Source: an uncultured Chthoniobacterales bacterium
Lineage (GTDB): Bacteria > Verrucomicrobiota > Verrucomicrobiia > Chthoniobacterales > SZAS-18
DNA: 53,836 bases
Assembly: GCA_964247665.1 (NCBI GenBank)
Contig: CAXTVY010000001.1
Span: forward strand, 1-53,836
Direction: 5' to 3'
Below, in pieces: positions 8,390 through 17,776 of the stretch. The first letter of the stretch is position 1, and each line of letters begins with the position of its first letter. The notes beneath the pieces are model-generated. The model searched no databases and had not been told where the DNA came from. It saw only the letters and a list, made by a program, of their open reading frames with translations. The position numbers and the translations under genes were made by a program.

Positions 8390-8404
8390 TGGCACGAGCA
8401 TTGC
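8390..8404 (+). promoter_or_regulatory. sigma54 promoter of the flgB operon
   Basis: TGGCACG-AGCA-TTGC, a perfect consensus, 16 bp upstream of the flgB ATG. Confidence 0.9.
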
Positions 8405-8420
8405 TAAACCGTCCGGCACG

Positions 8421-8822
8421 ATGATCGAGCAGCTTTTCTCCGGCGGCACCTACCAGGCAGTCAAGCACATGCTCGACCTGTCCGCGCAACGCCACGAGGT
8501 GCTCGCGGGCAACGTCGCCAACGTCGAGACACCCGGCTACAAGCGCCTCGACCTCGACAAGACGAACGTGGCCAGCTTCCAGTCGCAGATGGCCGCCGCT
8601 GCCCGGACGGGGGATTTTGCCCCACTCTCCACGCCCATGACCTCGACGGCCCGCGTCACCGCCGACCCCGCCGCCCGCAGCGCCCGCCAGGACGGCAACA
8701 ACGTGGAGGTTGACCAGGAGCTGCTCGCCATGAGCCAGAACACCACCGAGTACGGCGTCATGACCGAGTTCGCCAGCAACTCGCTCAAGTGCCTGAAAAT
8801 GGCGATCACCGGCCAAGCCTGA
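8421..8822 (+). CDS. flgB: Flagellar basal-body rod protein FlgB
   Basis: RHEVLAGNVANVETPGYKRLDL and RQDGNNVEVDQE. Start re-picked at ATG 8421. Confidence 0.95.
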   Translation: MIEQLFSGGTYQAVKHMLDLSAQRHEVLAGNVANVETPGYKRLDLDKTNVASFQSQMAAAARTGDFAPLSTPMTSTARVTADPAARSARQDGNNVEVDQELLAMSQNTTEYGVMTEFASNSLKCLKMAITGQA

Positions 8823-8863
8823 TTCCTGCTGTTCAATCACCGGCTGCTCTCTCGCGTCTTCCC

Positions 8864-9271
8864 ATGAACTTCATCACCGGCCTGTCCCAGAGCGCGAGCG
8901 CACTCGATGCGGAGCGCACCCGCCTGGAGACGGTTTCCTCCAACATCGCCAACGCGCACACCACACACAGCGCCGACGGCACGCCCTACCACCGCCGGGT
9001 CGTCTCTTTCCAGAGCATGATGGACAGCCAGCACGCCGGGGCGGCCGGGGTACAGGTCAACCAGATCGCCACGGACAAGACGCCCGGCGAGCGCATCTAC
9101 CAGCCCGGCCACCCTGACGCCGACAAGAACGGCTTCGTGGAGATGCCCAACGTCAACCTGGCCTACGAGATGGTGGACCTGATGAGCGCCTCGCGCGCCT
9201 ACGAAGCGAATCTCGCGGTGGTGCAAAATTCCCGCCAGCTCGCCAACCGCGCGCTGTCGATTGGCAAATAA
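8864..9271 (+). CDS. flgC: Flagellar basal-body rod protein FlgC
   Basis: SSNIANAHTT, PYHRR, YQPGHPDADKNGFVEMPNVN..EMVDLMSASRAYEAN. Confidence 0.96.
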   Translation: MNFITGLSQSASALDAERTRLETVSSNIANAHTTHSADGTPYHRRVVSFQSMMDSQHAGAAGVQVNQIATDKTPGERIYQPGHPDADKNGFVEMPNVNLAYEMVDLMSASRAYEANLAVVQNSRQLANRALSIGK

Positions 9272-9293
9272 CCCTCTTCCCCGATAACCCTTT

Positions 9294-9701
9294 ATGATCG
9301 GCTCCGTCAGCAACCTTTCCGCCGCCTTCCCTCCCCGGTTGGCCGAGTTGAACCAGGCCAGCGCCACGGTTCGCCCGGACCAGAGCGCCGCCGCCCAAAT
9401 TGCGCTGGCACCCAGCGCGCTCGCCTCCACCCGCGAGGTGCCCGGCCTGGCCACCGTCACGCCCTCCACCCAGGCCCCCGGAGCCAGCTTCGGCGACGTG
9501 CTCAGCCAGGCGGTCAGCGGCGTCAACGCCACCATGCAGAACGCCGAGGTCCAGAAGGCCAAGGTGATGAGCGGCGAAACGAACAACCTCCACCAGGCCA
9601 TGCTCTCCATCCAGGAAGCGGGCGTCGCCTTCAGCCTGATGACCGAGGTGCGTAACAAGATGGTCGAATCCTACCAGGAAATCATGCGGATGCAGGTCTG
9701 A
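9294..9701 (+). CDS. fliE: Flagellar hook-basal body protein FliE
   Basis: SFGDVL...LHQAMLSIQEA...EVRNKMVESYQEIMRMQV. Confidence 0.95.
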   Translation: MIGSVSNLSAAFPPRLAELNQASATVRPDQSAAAQIALAPSALASTREVPGLATVTPSTQAPGASFGDVLSQAVSGVNATMQNAEVQKAKVMSGETNNLHQAMLSIQEAGVAFSLMTEVRNKMVESYQEIMRMQV

Positions 9702-9755
9702 CGCCGCTGCCACGAGTCTCCCCTTCCCTCCTCGAACGCTTTCTTTTCCTGATCC

Positions 9756-11348
9756 ATGTCGAAACTTCCCCAACAGTTCCTCGGGCTGTGGCGTCAACTG
9801 GGCCTGAACCAGCGCGTGTCGCTCTCGCTGACGACGGTCGCCGTGGTCGCGGGCCTGGCCACCCTGGTCGTCTGGAGCCACCGGCCGCGGATGCAGCTCC
9901 TCTACGGCCGCCTGTCGCAGAAGGACGCCGCCGAAGTCGTGTCCGCCATCCAGGCGCAGGGTGTCACCTACGAGATCGGCGCGGGCGGGCAGTCCGTGTA
10001 CGTCCCGGCGGACAAGGTGTACACGCTGCGCATGGACCTCGCCGCCAAGGGCCTGCCCAACGCGGACGGCATCGGCTTCGAGATCTTCGACAAGAGCAAC
10101 TTCGGGGTCAGCGACTTCGTCCAGCACACGAACTACCTGCGCGCCATCCAGGGTGAACTGGCCCGCACGATCAGCCAGGTCAACGGGGTGCGCGCCGCGC
10201 GGGTGATGGTGGTCATGCCCGAGAACAAGCTCCTGCTCGGCGACAACAAGACACGGCCAACGGCGTCGGTATTCGTAGACCAGGGCGCAGGTGCGCTTTC
10301 GACGGAAGCCGTCAATTCCATCCGCTTTCTGGTGGCGAACTCGGTCGAGGGCATGAAGGTGGACGACGTGGCGGTCGTGGACAGCATGGGCAACGTGCTC
10401 AGCGAAAAGCTGCGTGACGGCGACCCCACGCTTGCCTCGGCGGGCAGCCAGATGAAGCTGCGCAAGGGCATGGAGGATTATTTCGCGACCAAGGTCGAGA
10501 CGATGCTCGCGCGGGTCGTCGGAGCCGGGAACGCCGTGGTCCGCGTGTCGGCCGACGTGAGCACCGAGGCCAGCACGACCACCCAGGAAAAATTCGACCC
10601 GGACGGCCAGGTGGTCCGCAACTCGACGGTGACGGAGGAGAGCAACCTCGGTACCGAGGGCAAGACCGCCGCCAGCGCGGTGGGCACGACCTCCAACACG
10701 CCCAAGGCTTCCACCGGCCCGGACGCCAGCGGCGCGGACGGCCAGAAGAAGACCGAGGAAACCCGCAAGAGCCAGACCCAGACCTACGACATCAGCCGCG
10801 CGACGACGAATACCACCAAGAACCCCGGTGAAATCCGCAAGCTCACCGCCGCCGTCTTCGTCGCGCTACGCACCACGGGCACGGGGGCAGCCGCGAAGCC
10901 CGACCCGCGCAGCCCGGAAGAGATGAAGGCCCTGCGCACGATGGTCGCCAACGCGCTGGGCATCACCACGCAGCAACAGACCGCCGGGCAGGAGCCCACG
11001 GTGTCGCTCCAGGAAGTCGCCTTCCAGACCACGCCCATCGAAAAGATGCCGTCCTTGAACGGCGGCATGATGGACAACGTCCGCCCGTGGATCACGCCCG
11101 CCGTGGCGCTGCTCATCGTGGCGTTCTTCCTGCGGCAACTCAAGCGCACGCCGTCCGACCCGATCCAACTGGAGCTGCTCGACCCGGCGCAGGCCGCCGC
11201 GATGGACCGCGCGATCCCGACCCGGCTCCTGGATGACCGCAAGACCGGCAAGCCCTCCGTTTCTCCGGAGATGCTCAACGAGATGATTCGCCAGAAGCCC
11301 GACAACGTCAGCGTCACCCTGCGCGAGTGGATGACCGCGAAGCCCTGA
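9756..11348 (+). CDS. fliF: Flagellar MS-ring protein FliF
   Basis: N-terminal TM, GFEIFDKSNFGVSDFVQ..NYLRAIQGELARTI, PTASVFV, a second TM, and C-terminal ..LREWM. Confidence 0.96.
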   Translation: MSKLPQQFLGLWRQLGLNQRVSLSLTTVAVVAGLATLVVWSHRPRMQLLYGRLSQKDAAEVVSAIQAQGVTYEIGAGGQSVYVPADKVYTLRMDLAAKGLPNADGIGFEIFDKSNFGVSDFVQHTNYLRAIQGELARTISQVNGVRAARVMVVMPENKLLLGDNKTRPTASVFVDQGAGALSTEAVNSIRFLVANSVEGMKVDDVAVVDSMGNVLSEKLRDGDPTLASAGSQMKLRKGMEDYFATKVETMLARVVGAGNAVVRVSADVSTEASTTTQEKFDPDGQVVRNSTVTEESNLGTEGKTAASAVGTTSNTPKASTGPDASGADGQKKTEETRKSQTQTYDISRATTNTTKNPGEIRKLTAAVFVALRTTGTGAAAKPDPRSPEEMKALRTMVANALGITTQQQTAGQEPTVSLQEVAFQTTPIEKMPSLNGGMMDNVRPWITPAVALLIVAFFLRQLKRTPSDPIQLELLDPAQAAAMDRAIPTRLLDDRKTGKPSVSPEMLNEMIRQKPDNVSVTLREWMTAKP

Positions 11349-12391
11349 TGCCCATGGCCGCCCTGGATTACGCCAAGCTCAACCGCGTCCAGAAAACCGC
11401 CGTCTTCCTGATCGTCATCGGCCAGGAAGCAGCGGCCACGCTGGTGCGCTCCTTCGCCGATGGCGAGCTGGAGGCCGTCTGCCGCGAAATGGCCAAGCTG
11501 CCCGTCATCGACCACGACGCCCGGCAGGACGCCCTGGCCGAATTCGCCTCGCTGGTGGACATGGGTTATGAGTCCGCCTTGGGCGGCACATCCTACGTGC
11601 GCGGCACGCTGGAACTCGCCCGGGGCGAGCATCGCGCGGCCTACCTGCTGGAGAAGGTCGCGCCGACCACTGGCGGCCAGCCCGCGGGCGCGACGCTGGC
11701 GCAGTTCGAGGGCATGGACACGCGGCAGATTTTCAGCCTCCTCAAGGGCGAACAGCCGCAGACCGTCGCGTTCCTGCTCTCACAGGTCGATCTCTCGAAG
11801 GCGGGTGCAATCCTCAAGATGCTGGACCCCGAGCAGCGCGCCGAGGTGCTCGAACGCCTGGGCGAGATGGATTCGACCTCGCCCGAGGTCGTGCAGCGCC
11901 TGGCGCACCAGCTCAACAAGCGCGGCGATTCGCAAAAACCGGCCGCCCCCGCACCCGTCCAACGCAGCGGCGGCGCGCCCTTCGTGGCGAGCCTGCTCAA
12001 GACGATGGACAAGGACACGAGCCGCAGCCTGCTCGAAGTGCTCCAGGGCCGCAACGCGGCGCTCAGCGATACCATCCGCAAGAAGCTCTTCGGCTTCGAC
12101 GACATCGGCACGCTCAGCCCGGCGGACCTCCAGCGCGTCCTGCGCGACGTGGAATCTGCGGACCTGGCCATGTCCCTCAAGGGACCGAAGGGCGAGGCGA
12201 TGCTCAAAAAAGTCGCGGGCGTCATGTCCAAGCGCGCCGCCGAAGGGTTGGTGGAGGAAGTTCAGCTCATGGCCGCCGTCCGTCCGAAGGACCAGGAAGC
12301 CGCCCAGGACCGGCTGCTGGCCGTCGTGCGGCGGCTGGAGGAACAGGGCGAGATCACGCTCGACCAGGGAGACATGGCCCATGCCGCCTGA
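11348..12391 (+). CDS. fliG: Flagellar motor switch protein FliG
   Basis: QKTAVFLIVIG, GGTSYV, EQPQTVAFLLS, IRKKLFGFDD, MSKRAAE, GEITL. The ATG overlaps the fliF stop (alternative start 11354). Confidence 0.94.
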   Translation: MPMAALDYAKLNRVQKTAVFLIVIGQEAAATLVRSFADGELEAVCREMAKLPVIDHDARQDALAEFASLVDMGYESALGGTSYVRGTLELARGEHRAAYLLEKVAPTTGGQPAGATLAQFEGMDTRQIFSLLKGEQPQTVAFLLSQVDLSKAGAILKMLDPEQRAEVLERLGEMDSTSPEVVQRLAHQLNKRGDSQKPAAPAPVQRSGGAPFVASLLKTMDKDTSRSLLEVLQGRNAALSDTIRKKLFGFDDIGTLSPADLQRVLRDVESADLAMSLKGPKGEAMLKKVAGVMSKRAAEGLVEEVQLMAAVRPKDQEAAQDRLLAVVRRLEEQGEITLDQGDMAHAA

Positions 12392-13001
12392 GACGATCCG
12401 TTTCGAGCGTCCCTTGCGCGACGTGCGGCTCGCGGGCCGCCACGCCTCTGCCCAAGACCGGGCGCGCGAACGCGCCGCCGAACAGGCGCAGCATGCCGCC
12501 GAGGTCGCCGGCGCACGCGAGGCGGGCTACCGCCAGGGCCGCGCCGAGGCCGACGCCGCCTTCGCGGGGCAGCTCATGGCACAACGCCAGGAGGTATCCG
12601 AACTCGCAGACGGCGTTCTGCGCCGGTTGCGCGAGCAGGAAACCGTCCTGGCCGTCCAGGCGCGCGGCTGTGTGCCCGGGTTGGTGATGAACATCGTGCG
12701 CCGCGTGCTCGCTGGGATGGTGCCGGACGCGGCACGCCTCGAAGGCATCATCGAGCAGGCGCTCGGCGAGGCTCCCGCCGACCAGGAGCAATCCCTGGAA
12801 GTGGCGATCTCCCCCGGCGACCTGCAACGGCTCGAAAACATGGCTGGCGACGGCCTGCGCGCGCGCCATCCCAACCTCCACCTGCGGGCCGACGTGGCCC
12901 TGTCGCAGGATGATTGTCTTGTCCGGGGCGGGTTCGGGCTGATCGACGCGCGCATGGAAACGAAGCTCCGGGCCATCGAACGGCTTCTCGCCACTTCCTG
13001 A
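12381..13001 (+). CDS. fliH: Flagellar assembly protein FliH
   Basis: AREAGYRQGRAE (AxxxG/GxxxG repeats) and C-terminal DVALSQDDCLVRGGFGLIDARMETKL. Follows fliG. Start re-picked at ATG 12381. Confidence 0.88.
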   Translation: MPPETIRFERPLRDVRLAGRHASAQDRARERAAEQAQHAAEVAGAREAGYRQGRAEADAAFAGQLMAQRQEVSELADGVLRRLREQETVLAVQARGCVPGLVMNIVRRVLAGMVPDAARLEGIIEQALGEAPADQEQSLEVAISPGDLQRLENMAGDGLRARHPNLHLRADVALSQDDCLVRGGFGLIDARMETKLRAIERLLATS

Positions 13002-13090
13002 TCCGGGGGCAACCAGCGGAGTGGCGTGAGAGTAGCTATCAATCTTCCAGGGTACGGCGGCGGCCAGCGGGTCGTCCGTGCCCAGGCCGT

Positions 13091-15031
13091 ATGCCCATGA
13101 GCGAATTTTTGCGCATTCTGATGGTCGAGGACCTGGAAAGCGACGCCGCCCTGATCGAGCGAGCCATGCGGCGCTCTGGCCTGGCTTTTGACCTGCGCCG
13201 GGTGGACACCGAAACCGGCTTCCTGTGGCAACTGGAGGATTTTGCGCCGGATGCCATCCTTTCCGACCTGTCGCTGCCGCATTTCAGCGGGACGCTGGCG
13301 CTCGTCCGGGCGCGGGAATACGCGCCCCGCGTGCCGTTCATCTTCGTGTCTGGCATCATCGACGGGGCATACGCGGTCGAATTGCTCAAACAGGGAGCCA
13401 CGGACTACGTGCTCAAGGACCATCTCCACCGCCTCGCGCCGTCCATCACGCGCGCCCAGCGCGAGGTCAAACTGGAACGCGATCACCGGCTGGCGCAGGA
13501 GAATTACCGCAGCATCTTCGAGAACGCCGTGCTGGGCATCTACCAGGCCTCGCCCGATGGCCTTTACCTGGCGGTCAACCCGGCGCTGGCGCGGCTGTTC
13601 GGCTACGACTCGCCGGCCGAGATGCTGGCGGCGACGACCCACGTCTCGGACGGATTCGTGGACCCGCGGCGCGGCGCGGAGTTCCTCGCGCAAAGGGCAA
13701 TCGGAGGCGAGGTGCGCAACTTCGAGGCCGAGATGTTCCGCAAGGACCGCAGCCGCATCTGGGTTTCGCAAAACGCGCGGCTCGTCCAGCGGGCGCACGG
13801 CGGGACCGTCTGCGAGGGGTTTGTTGAGGACACCACCCGCCAGCGCGAGATGGAGGCGCAAATCCAACGCGCCCAGCGGCTCGAAAGTATCGGCACGCTC
13901 GCAGGTGGCGTGGCGCACGACCTCAACAACATCATCTCACCCATCCTGATGGCGGTTTCCATGCTGCGCAACCAGCTCGCCGGGCCCGAGCATGAGCGCA
14001 TGGTTTCGCTCATCGAGGCGAGCGCCATCCGCGGGGCGCAGATCATCAAGCAGGTGCTCGCCTTCGGCCAAGGCGTGGACGGGGAGCGCCGCACGTTGCA
14101 GCTCGGCTACCTGGTCAAGGATGTGCTCAAGGTCGTGTCGGATACCTTCCCGAACGGCATCGGCATTGACAGCACGGTGGAGCGCAACCTCCTGCCGGTC
14201 ATGGCGGACGCGGCGCAGCTCCGTCAGGTGTTGCTGGACCTTTGCTCTAACGCCCGGGACGCCATGCCCGATGGCGGCCGGCTGCAAATCCGGGCGCGAA
14301 ACGTGACCCTGGATGCCGAAGCGCTGGCCGGACTGCCGCCCGACACCGAGCCCGGCCGCTACGTGCTGCTGGAGGTCGGCGACACGGGCACGGGTATCCC
14401 GCCCGAGATCCTGGAGCGCATCTTCGATCCATTCTTCACGACCAAGGGAATCGGCAAGGGCACGGGCCTGGGCCTATCGGCCGTGCGCGGCATCATCAGG
14501 AGCCACGGTGGCTGCGTGCATGTCGTCAACGCGAGTCTCGGGGGCACGATCTTCCAGGTTTTCCTGCCTGCCGGACGCGCGCCCGCCGCCGAAAGCAAGC
14601 CGGTGCCGCTCGCCCGGCTGCCGGGCGGCCACGGGGAGACGGTGTTGCTGGTAGACGACGAGGAAAGCATCCGCCTCGCCGTCCGCACCGTGCTGGCGAT
14701 GCACAATTATCAGGTGTTGACTGCGACGGACGGCGTCAGTGCGCTCGGCGTCTACTCGCAAAAGGGCGATGAGATCGACCTGGTGCTCACCGATTTGATG
14801 ATGCCCGTGATGGACGGGCTCGCCCTGACGCGCGCCCTGCGCCGGCTGCGGCCCGACCTGCCTGTCATTGTTTCCACCGGCCGGGCCGAGAAGGGACGCC
14901 TGGCCGAACTGGCATCCATCGGCGTCCAGGCGGTGCTGGATAAGCCTTTCGCAACGGAGGTACTGCTGCGGACGCTCGACCAGGCATTGCGCCCACGGGA
15001 TGTTCCCTCGCCGGTACCCCGTGCAGGCTAA
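13091..15031 (+). CDS. Cytoplasmic hybrid sensor histidine kinase REC-PAS-HisKA-HATPase-REC (CckA-like architecture)
   Basis: REC1 (MVED..LSDLSLP), PAS (YRSIFENAVLGIY), H-box AHDLNN, DTGTG/FFTTK/GTGLGL, and REC2 (VDDE..TDLMMP). No TM segment. Start at 13091 or 13097. Confidence 0.92.
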   Translation: MPMSEFLRILMVEDLESDAALIERAMRRSGLAFDLRRVDTETGFLWQLEDFAPDAILSDLSLPHFSGTLALVRAREYAPRVPFIFVSGIIDGAYAVELLKQGATDYVLKDHLHRLAPSITRAQREVKLERDHRLAQENYRSIFENAVLGIYQASPDGLYLAVNPALARLFGYDSPAEMLAATTHVSDGFVDPRRGAEFLAQRAIGGEVRNFEAEMFRKDRSRIWVSQNARLVQRAHGGTVCEGFVEDTTRQREMEAQIQRAQRLESIGTLAGGVAHDLNNIISPILMAVSMLRNQLAGPEHERMVSLIEASAIRGAQIIKQVLAFGQGVDGERRTLQLGYLVKDVLKVVSDTFPNGIGIDSTVERNLLPVMADAAQLRQVLLDLCSNARDAMPDGGRLQIRARNVTLDAEALAGLPPDTEPGRYVLLEVGDTGTGIPPEILERIFDPFFTTKGIGKGTGLGLSAVRGIIRSHGGCVHVVNASLGGTIFQVFLPAGRAPAAESKPVPLARLPGGHGETVLLVDDEESIRLAVRTVLAMHNYQVLTATDGVSALGVYSQKGDEIDLVLTDLMMPVMDGLALTRALRRLRPDLPVIVSTGRAEKGRLAELASIGVQAVLDKPFATEVLLRTLDQALRPRDVPSPVPRAG

Positions 15032-15086
15032 TCGCCTCCGGCAGCGGCATTCCTTGCCCGGGTGTGGGCAGGGCCGAGGCCCGGCC

Positions 15087-15368
15087 TCAGCGGTGCGGGC
15101 TGCTCGTGCTGCCGATGCCCACCGCCGGGGAACTGGAGGTTGACTCGCCTTCGCTCGCCGCGACGCTGCCGACGGCCCGCGTGTCTTCGGAAGCGCCGCC
15201 CGGCGCACCGATGCCCGAAGTGGGCAGGCCGGTAGGTGCGGGTTCGATGGACCGCCGGTTCGCCGTCCCGAATGGATCGGGGTTCGCCGTGCAGCCCGCG
15301 AAGGCCAAGGCGCAGATCATGGCAGCGGAGGCGGCAAGCAAACGAACAGAAAAGCCTTGGGATTGCAT
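15087..15368 (-). CDS. Small low-complexity lipoprotein
   Basis: MQSQGFSVRLLAASAAMICALAFAGC lipobox, followed by a G/S/P-rich tail. Start re-picked. Confidence 0.55.
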   Translation of the reverse strand: MQSQGFSVRLLAASAAMICALAFAGCTANPDPFGTANRRSIEPAPTGLPTSGIGAPGGASEDTRAVGSVAASEGESTSSSPAVGIGSTSSPHR

Positions 15369-15486
15369 AGAAAGGTATTCGAGGAACTGGCGCACACCGG
15401 CCAAATCCGCTTGTACATGCTGGCTATCTTCCTGACAAGCAATTGCTTTTCCGGGCAATGTCCCGCTTCGGAGGACAGACAAATGG

Positions 15487-15514
15487 ACCTGCCACCTGCC
15501 ACCTGCCACCTGCC
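15487..15514. repeat. Heptamer tandem repeat (ACCTGCC)x4
   Basis: Four exact copies, intergenic, just past the stop of the DUF4336 gene. Confidence 0.9.
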
Positions 15515-15524
15515 GCCTCGCCGC

Positions 15525-16193
15525 TCAATACCCCACGGTACGTAGCGCTTCCGCCACGCGCGCCTTGGCACCGGTTTCGATCACATCACCATGCCCGGGG
15601 ATCAACCGGTCGAAATCCCACGACATCATCGTGGCCAACGATTGTTGAAACGCTTCTTTGTCCTTGACGGAGAGCCGAATCGGGCGCGGCACGCCAGGAT
15701 GGTGGTGCGAACCGACAGCCAGTAGCATGAGAAACTTCGTCCAGGCCGATTCGTCCGGTCCGAAGTCAAAGAACAGATCGGCCACAATCAGCGTCTTCGA
15801 GGGCCGGTGCAGGACGACGTGCTCCTTCATGCTCGGCACTCCCGCCAGTGGGAGCACTTCCAATTCGCCGTTCCATTCAGGTTGGTTGATCAGGGGCTGC
15901 ACCGGGAAACCGACAACCTCGGAAAAGCCTTCCGGCCCCATGTAAACGGCCTCGGGAAAGGCTTCCGTGCCCTGTTTGGCGAAGGTGTCGTGGCGCAGCA
16001 TCACGTCCAGCAGCCAGCGCGGCGTGCCCAGCGCCCGGATGGCGGCTACGTCCGCCGCCGTGAATGGCCCGGTCGAGTGGATGACGAGGTCGCCCGACGT
16101 TAACCGCATCACGGACACATTGCGGTGCATATCCGCACCGAGCATCGGCAGGGCATATTGCAGGAACCAGAGGTTTTCGGAGAGTTGTTGCAT
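15525..16193 (-). CDS. DUF4336-like metallo-beta-lactamase-fold protein
   Basis: VMRLTSGDLVIHS, LHRPSKTLIVADLFF, WDFDRLIPGHG. Start re-picked at MQQLSENLW. Confidence 0.75.
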   Translation of the reverse strand: MQQLSENLWFLQYALPMLGADMHRNVSVMRLTSGDLVIHSTGPFTAADVAAIRALGTPRWLLDVMLRHDTFAKQGTEAFPEAVYMGPEGFSEVVGFPVQPLINQPEWNGELEVLPLAGVPSMKEHVVLHRPSKTLIVADLFFDFGPDESAWTKFLMLLAVGSHHHPGVPRPIRLSVKDKEAFQQSLATMMSWDFDRLIPGHGDVIETGAKARVAEALRTVGY

Positions 16194-16380
16194 GGCGGTA
16201 TCGAGAGCTGGAAACGTGGGCTGACTAGAGCCGAATCGCACCCGCCCCCTTTCCCGGACCCATGCGGAGCAATCATGGTCGCTGCCTGCGACCGGCCGAA
16301 TGGCGCTTGAAACCGGCCGCGATTTCGAGACAGTCAGGACGTGGGCCGCCCACGCCTGCCTGCCCCTCCGAACCCGCCGC

Positions 16381-17748
16381 ATGAAACCCGCCGCAGAAGC
16401 CCCGCCCGGAGCCCCGGACTCCTACGACGCCGTGATCATCGGCGGCGGCCCGGCGGGCAGCACGGCGGGCGCGTACCTCTCGCGAGCGGGCCTGCGCGTG
16501 CTCATCGTCGAGAAAGAATGCTTCCCACGCTTCCACATCGGTGAATCGGTCATGCCGGTGTCCAACGCGATCCTGCGCGAGACGGGCGTCTGGGACAAGG
16601 TGACGCAGGCCGGGTTCATGCCGAAGTACGGAGCGGAGTTCCACGCTGGCAACCGCAGCGTGCTGCCCAAGCACGTCGAGTTTGCCAAGGGGATGGTGCC
16701 AGGGCTGGACTTCACGTATCAGGTCGAGCGTTCACGCTTTGACCAGATCCTGCTGCGTCACGCCGAGGAACTCGGCTGCACCGTGCGCGAGGAAACGAAG
16801 GCGGTTGCCGTCCAAGGAGCGGGCCGCCAAGGTGCCGACGGCTACGACATCACCCTGCAACCGGCGGCCAACCCGCGCGGCAGCCGGGAAGGCGAGGTAA
16901 CCGTGCGCGGCGCGTACCTGCTCGACGCCTCGGGGCGTGACACACGGTTCGCTAAACCCATCAAAACGGCCCCGGCCGACCCCGATCTCAACAAGCGCAT
17001 CGCCATCTACGCGCATTTCCGGGGGGTCAAGCGCACCGCCGGACGCGCGGGCGGGAACATCGTCATCGTGCGCCACGAGGACGGCTGGGGCTGGCTGATC
17101 CCGCTGGACGGGGAGCGTACCTCCGTCGGCGTGGTCACGACGGCGGAGCGGATGCGTGCCTCCCGGCTCAAGCCCGAGAAAGTCTTTCAGCAAACGGTCG
17201 CGGATTCGCACCGGATGGGCACGGCGATGGCAGATGCCGTGCCCGACTCCCCCTTTCACGCCACGGCAGACTACAACTACCGTGCGCGCCGCTTCGCTGC
17301 CCCCCGGCTGCTGCTGGTGGGAGACTCCGCCTGTTTCCTGGACCCGATGTTCTCGACGGGCGTGTTCGTCGCGCTGCTCTCGGCCAAGCTCGCCAGCGAG
17401 GAGATCACCGCCGCCCACAGGCGGGGCAACGCGGCGCTGACGTTCTGGCAACAGCGGCGCTACACGCGGCGGCTGGGCCGGAACCTGGGCACGTTGCGCC
17501 GGCTCGTGCTGGCGTTCTACGACAACGCGAGCTTCTCGGTGTTCATGGAGCGCAAGGCCCCTTGGCGGATGTTCCCGGCGATCAACTCGCTGGTGGCGGG
17601 CAATTCCGATCCGCCCTGGCCGGTGCGCTGGCGTTACTGGTTGTTCCTGGCGGTCTGCTGGTTGCAGAGGCGGCGGCCGTTGGTGCCGCCCGTCGATCTC
17701 CGCCCGAAGCCGACCCGGGCAGTCGCGGAAATGGCGATCAGGGATTGA
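16381..17748 (+). CDS. FAD-dependent oxidoreductase, flavin-dependent halogenase family
   Basis: GGGPAG, FPRFHIGES, GFMPKYGA (Lys at the catalytic position), WGWLIPL (WxWxIP), GDSACFLDPMFSTGV. Confidence 0.85.
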   Translation: MKPAAEAPPGAPDSYDAVIIGGGPAGSTAGAYLSRAGLRVLIVEKECFPRFHIGESVMPVSNAILRETGVWDKVTQAGFMPKYGAEFHAGNRSVLPKHVEFAKGMVPGLDFTYQVERSRFDQILLRHAEELGCTVREETKAVAVQGAGRQGADGYDITLQPAANPRGSREGEVTVRGAYLLDASGRDTRFAKPIKTAPADPDLNKRIAIYAHFRGVKRTAGRAGGNIVIVRHEDGWGWLIPLDGERTSVGVVTTAERMRASRLKPEKVFQQTVADSHRMGTAMADAVPDSPFHATADYNYRARRFAAPRLLLVGDSACFLDPMFSTGVFVALLSAKLASEEITAAHRRGNAALTFWQQRRYTRRLGRNLGTLRRLVLAFYDNASFSVFMERKAPWRMFPAINSLVAGNSDPPWPVRWRYWLFLAVCWLQRRRPLVPPVDLRPKPTRAVAEMAIRD

Positions 17749-17776
17749 TGGCACTCGCCGGGGCCGCCGGGCAGGA

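Noticed and set aside
11460-12380. Long N-terminal extension of the fliH ORF (513 aa in the track)
   Set aside because: It overlaps fliG out of frame with low-complexity sequence. FliH features begin at ATG 12381.
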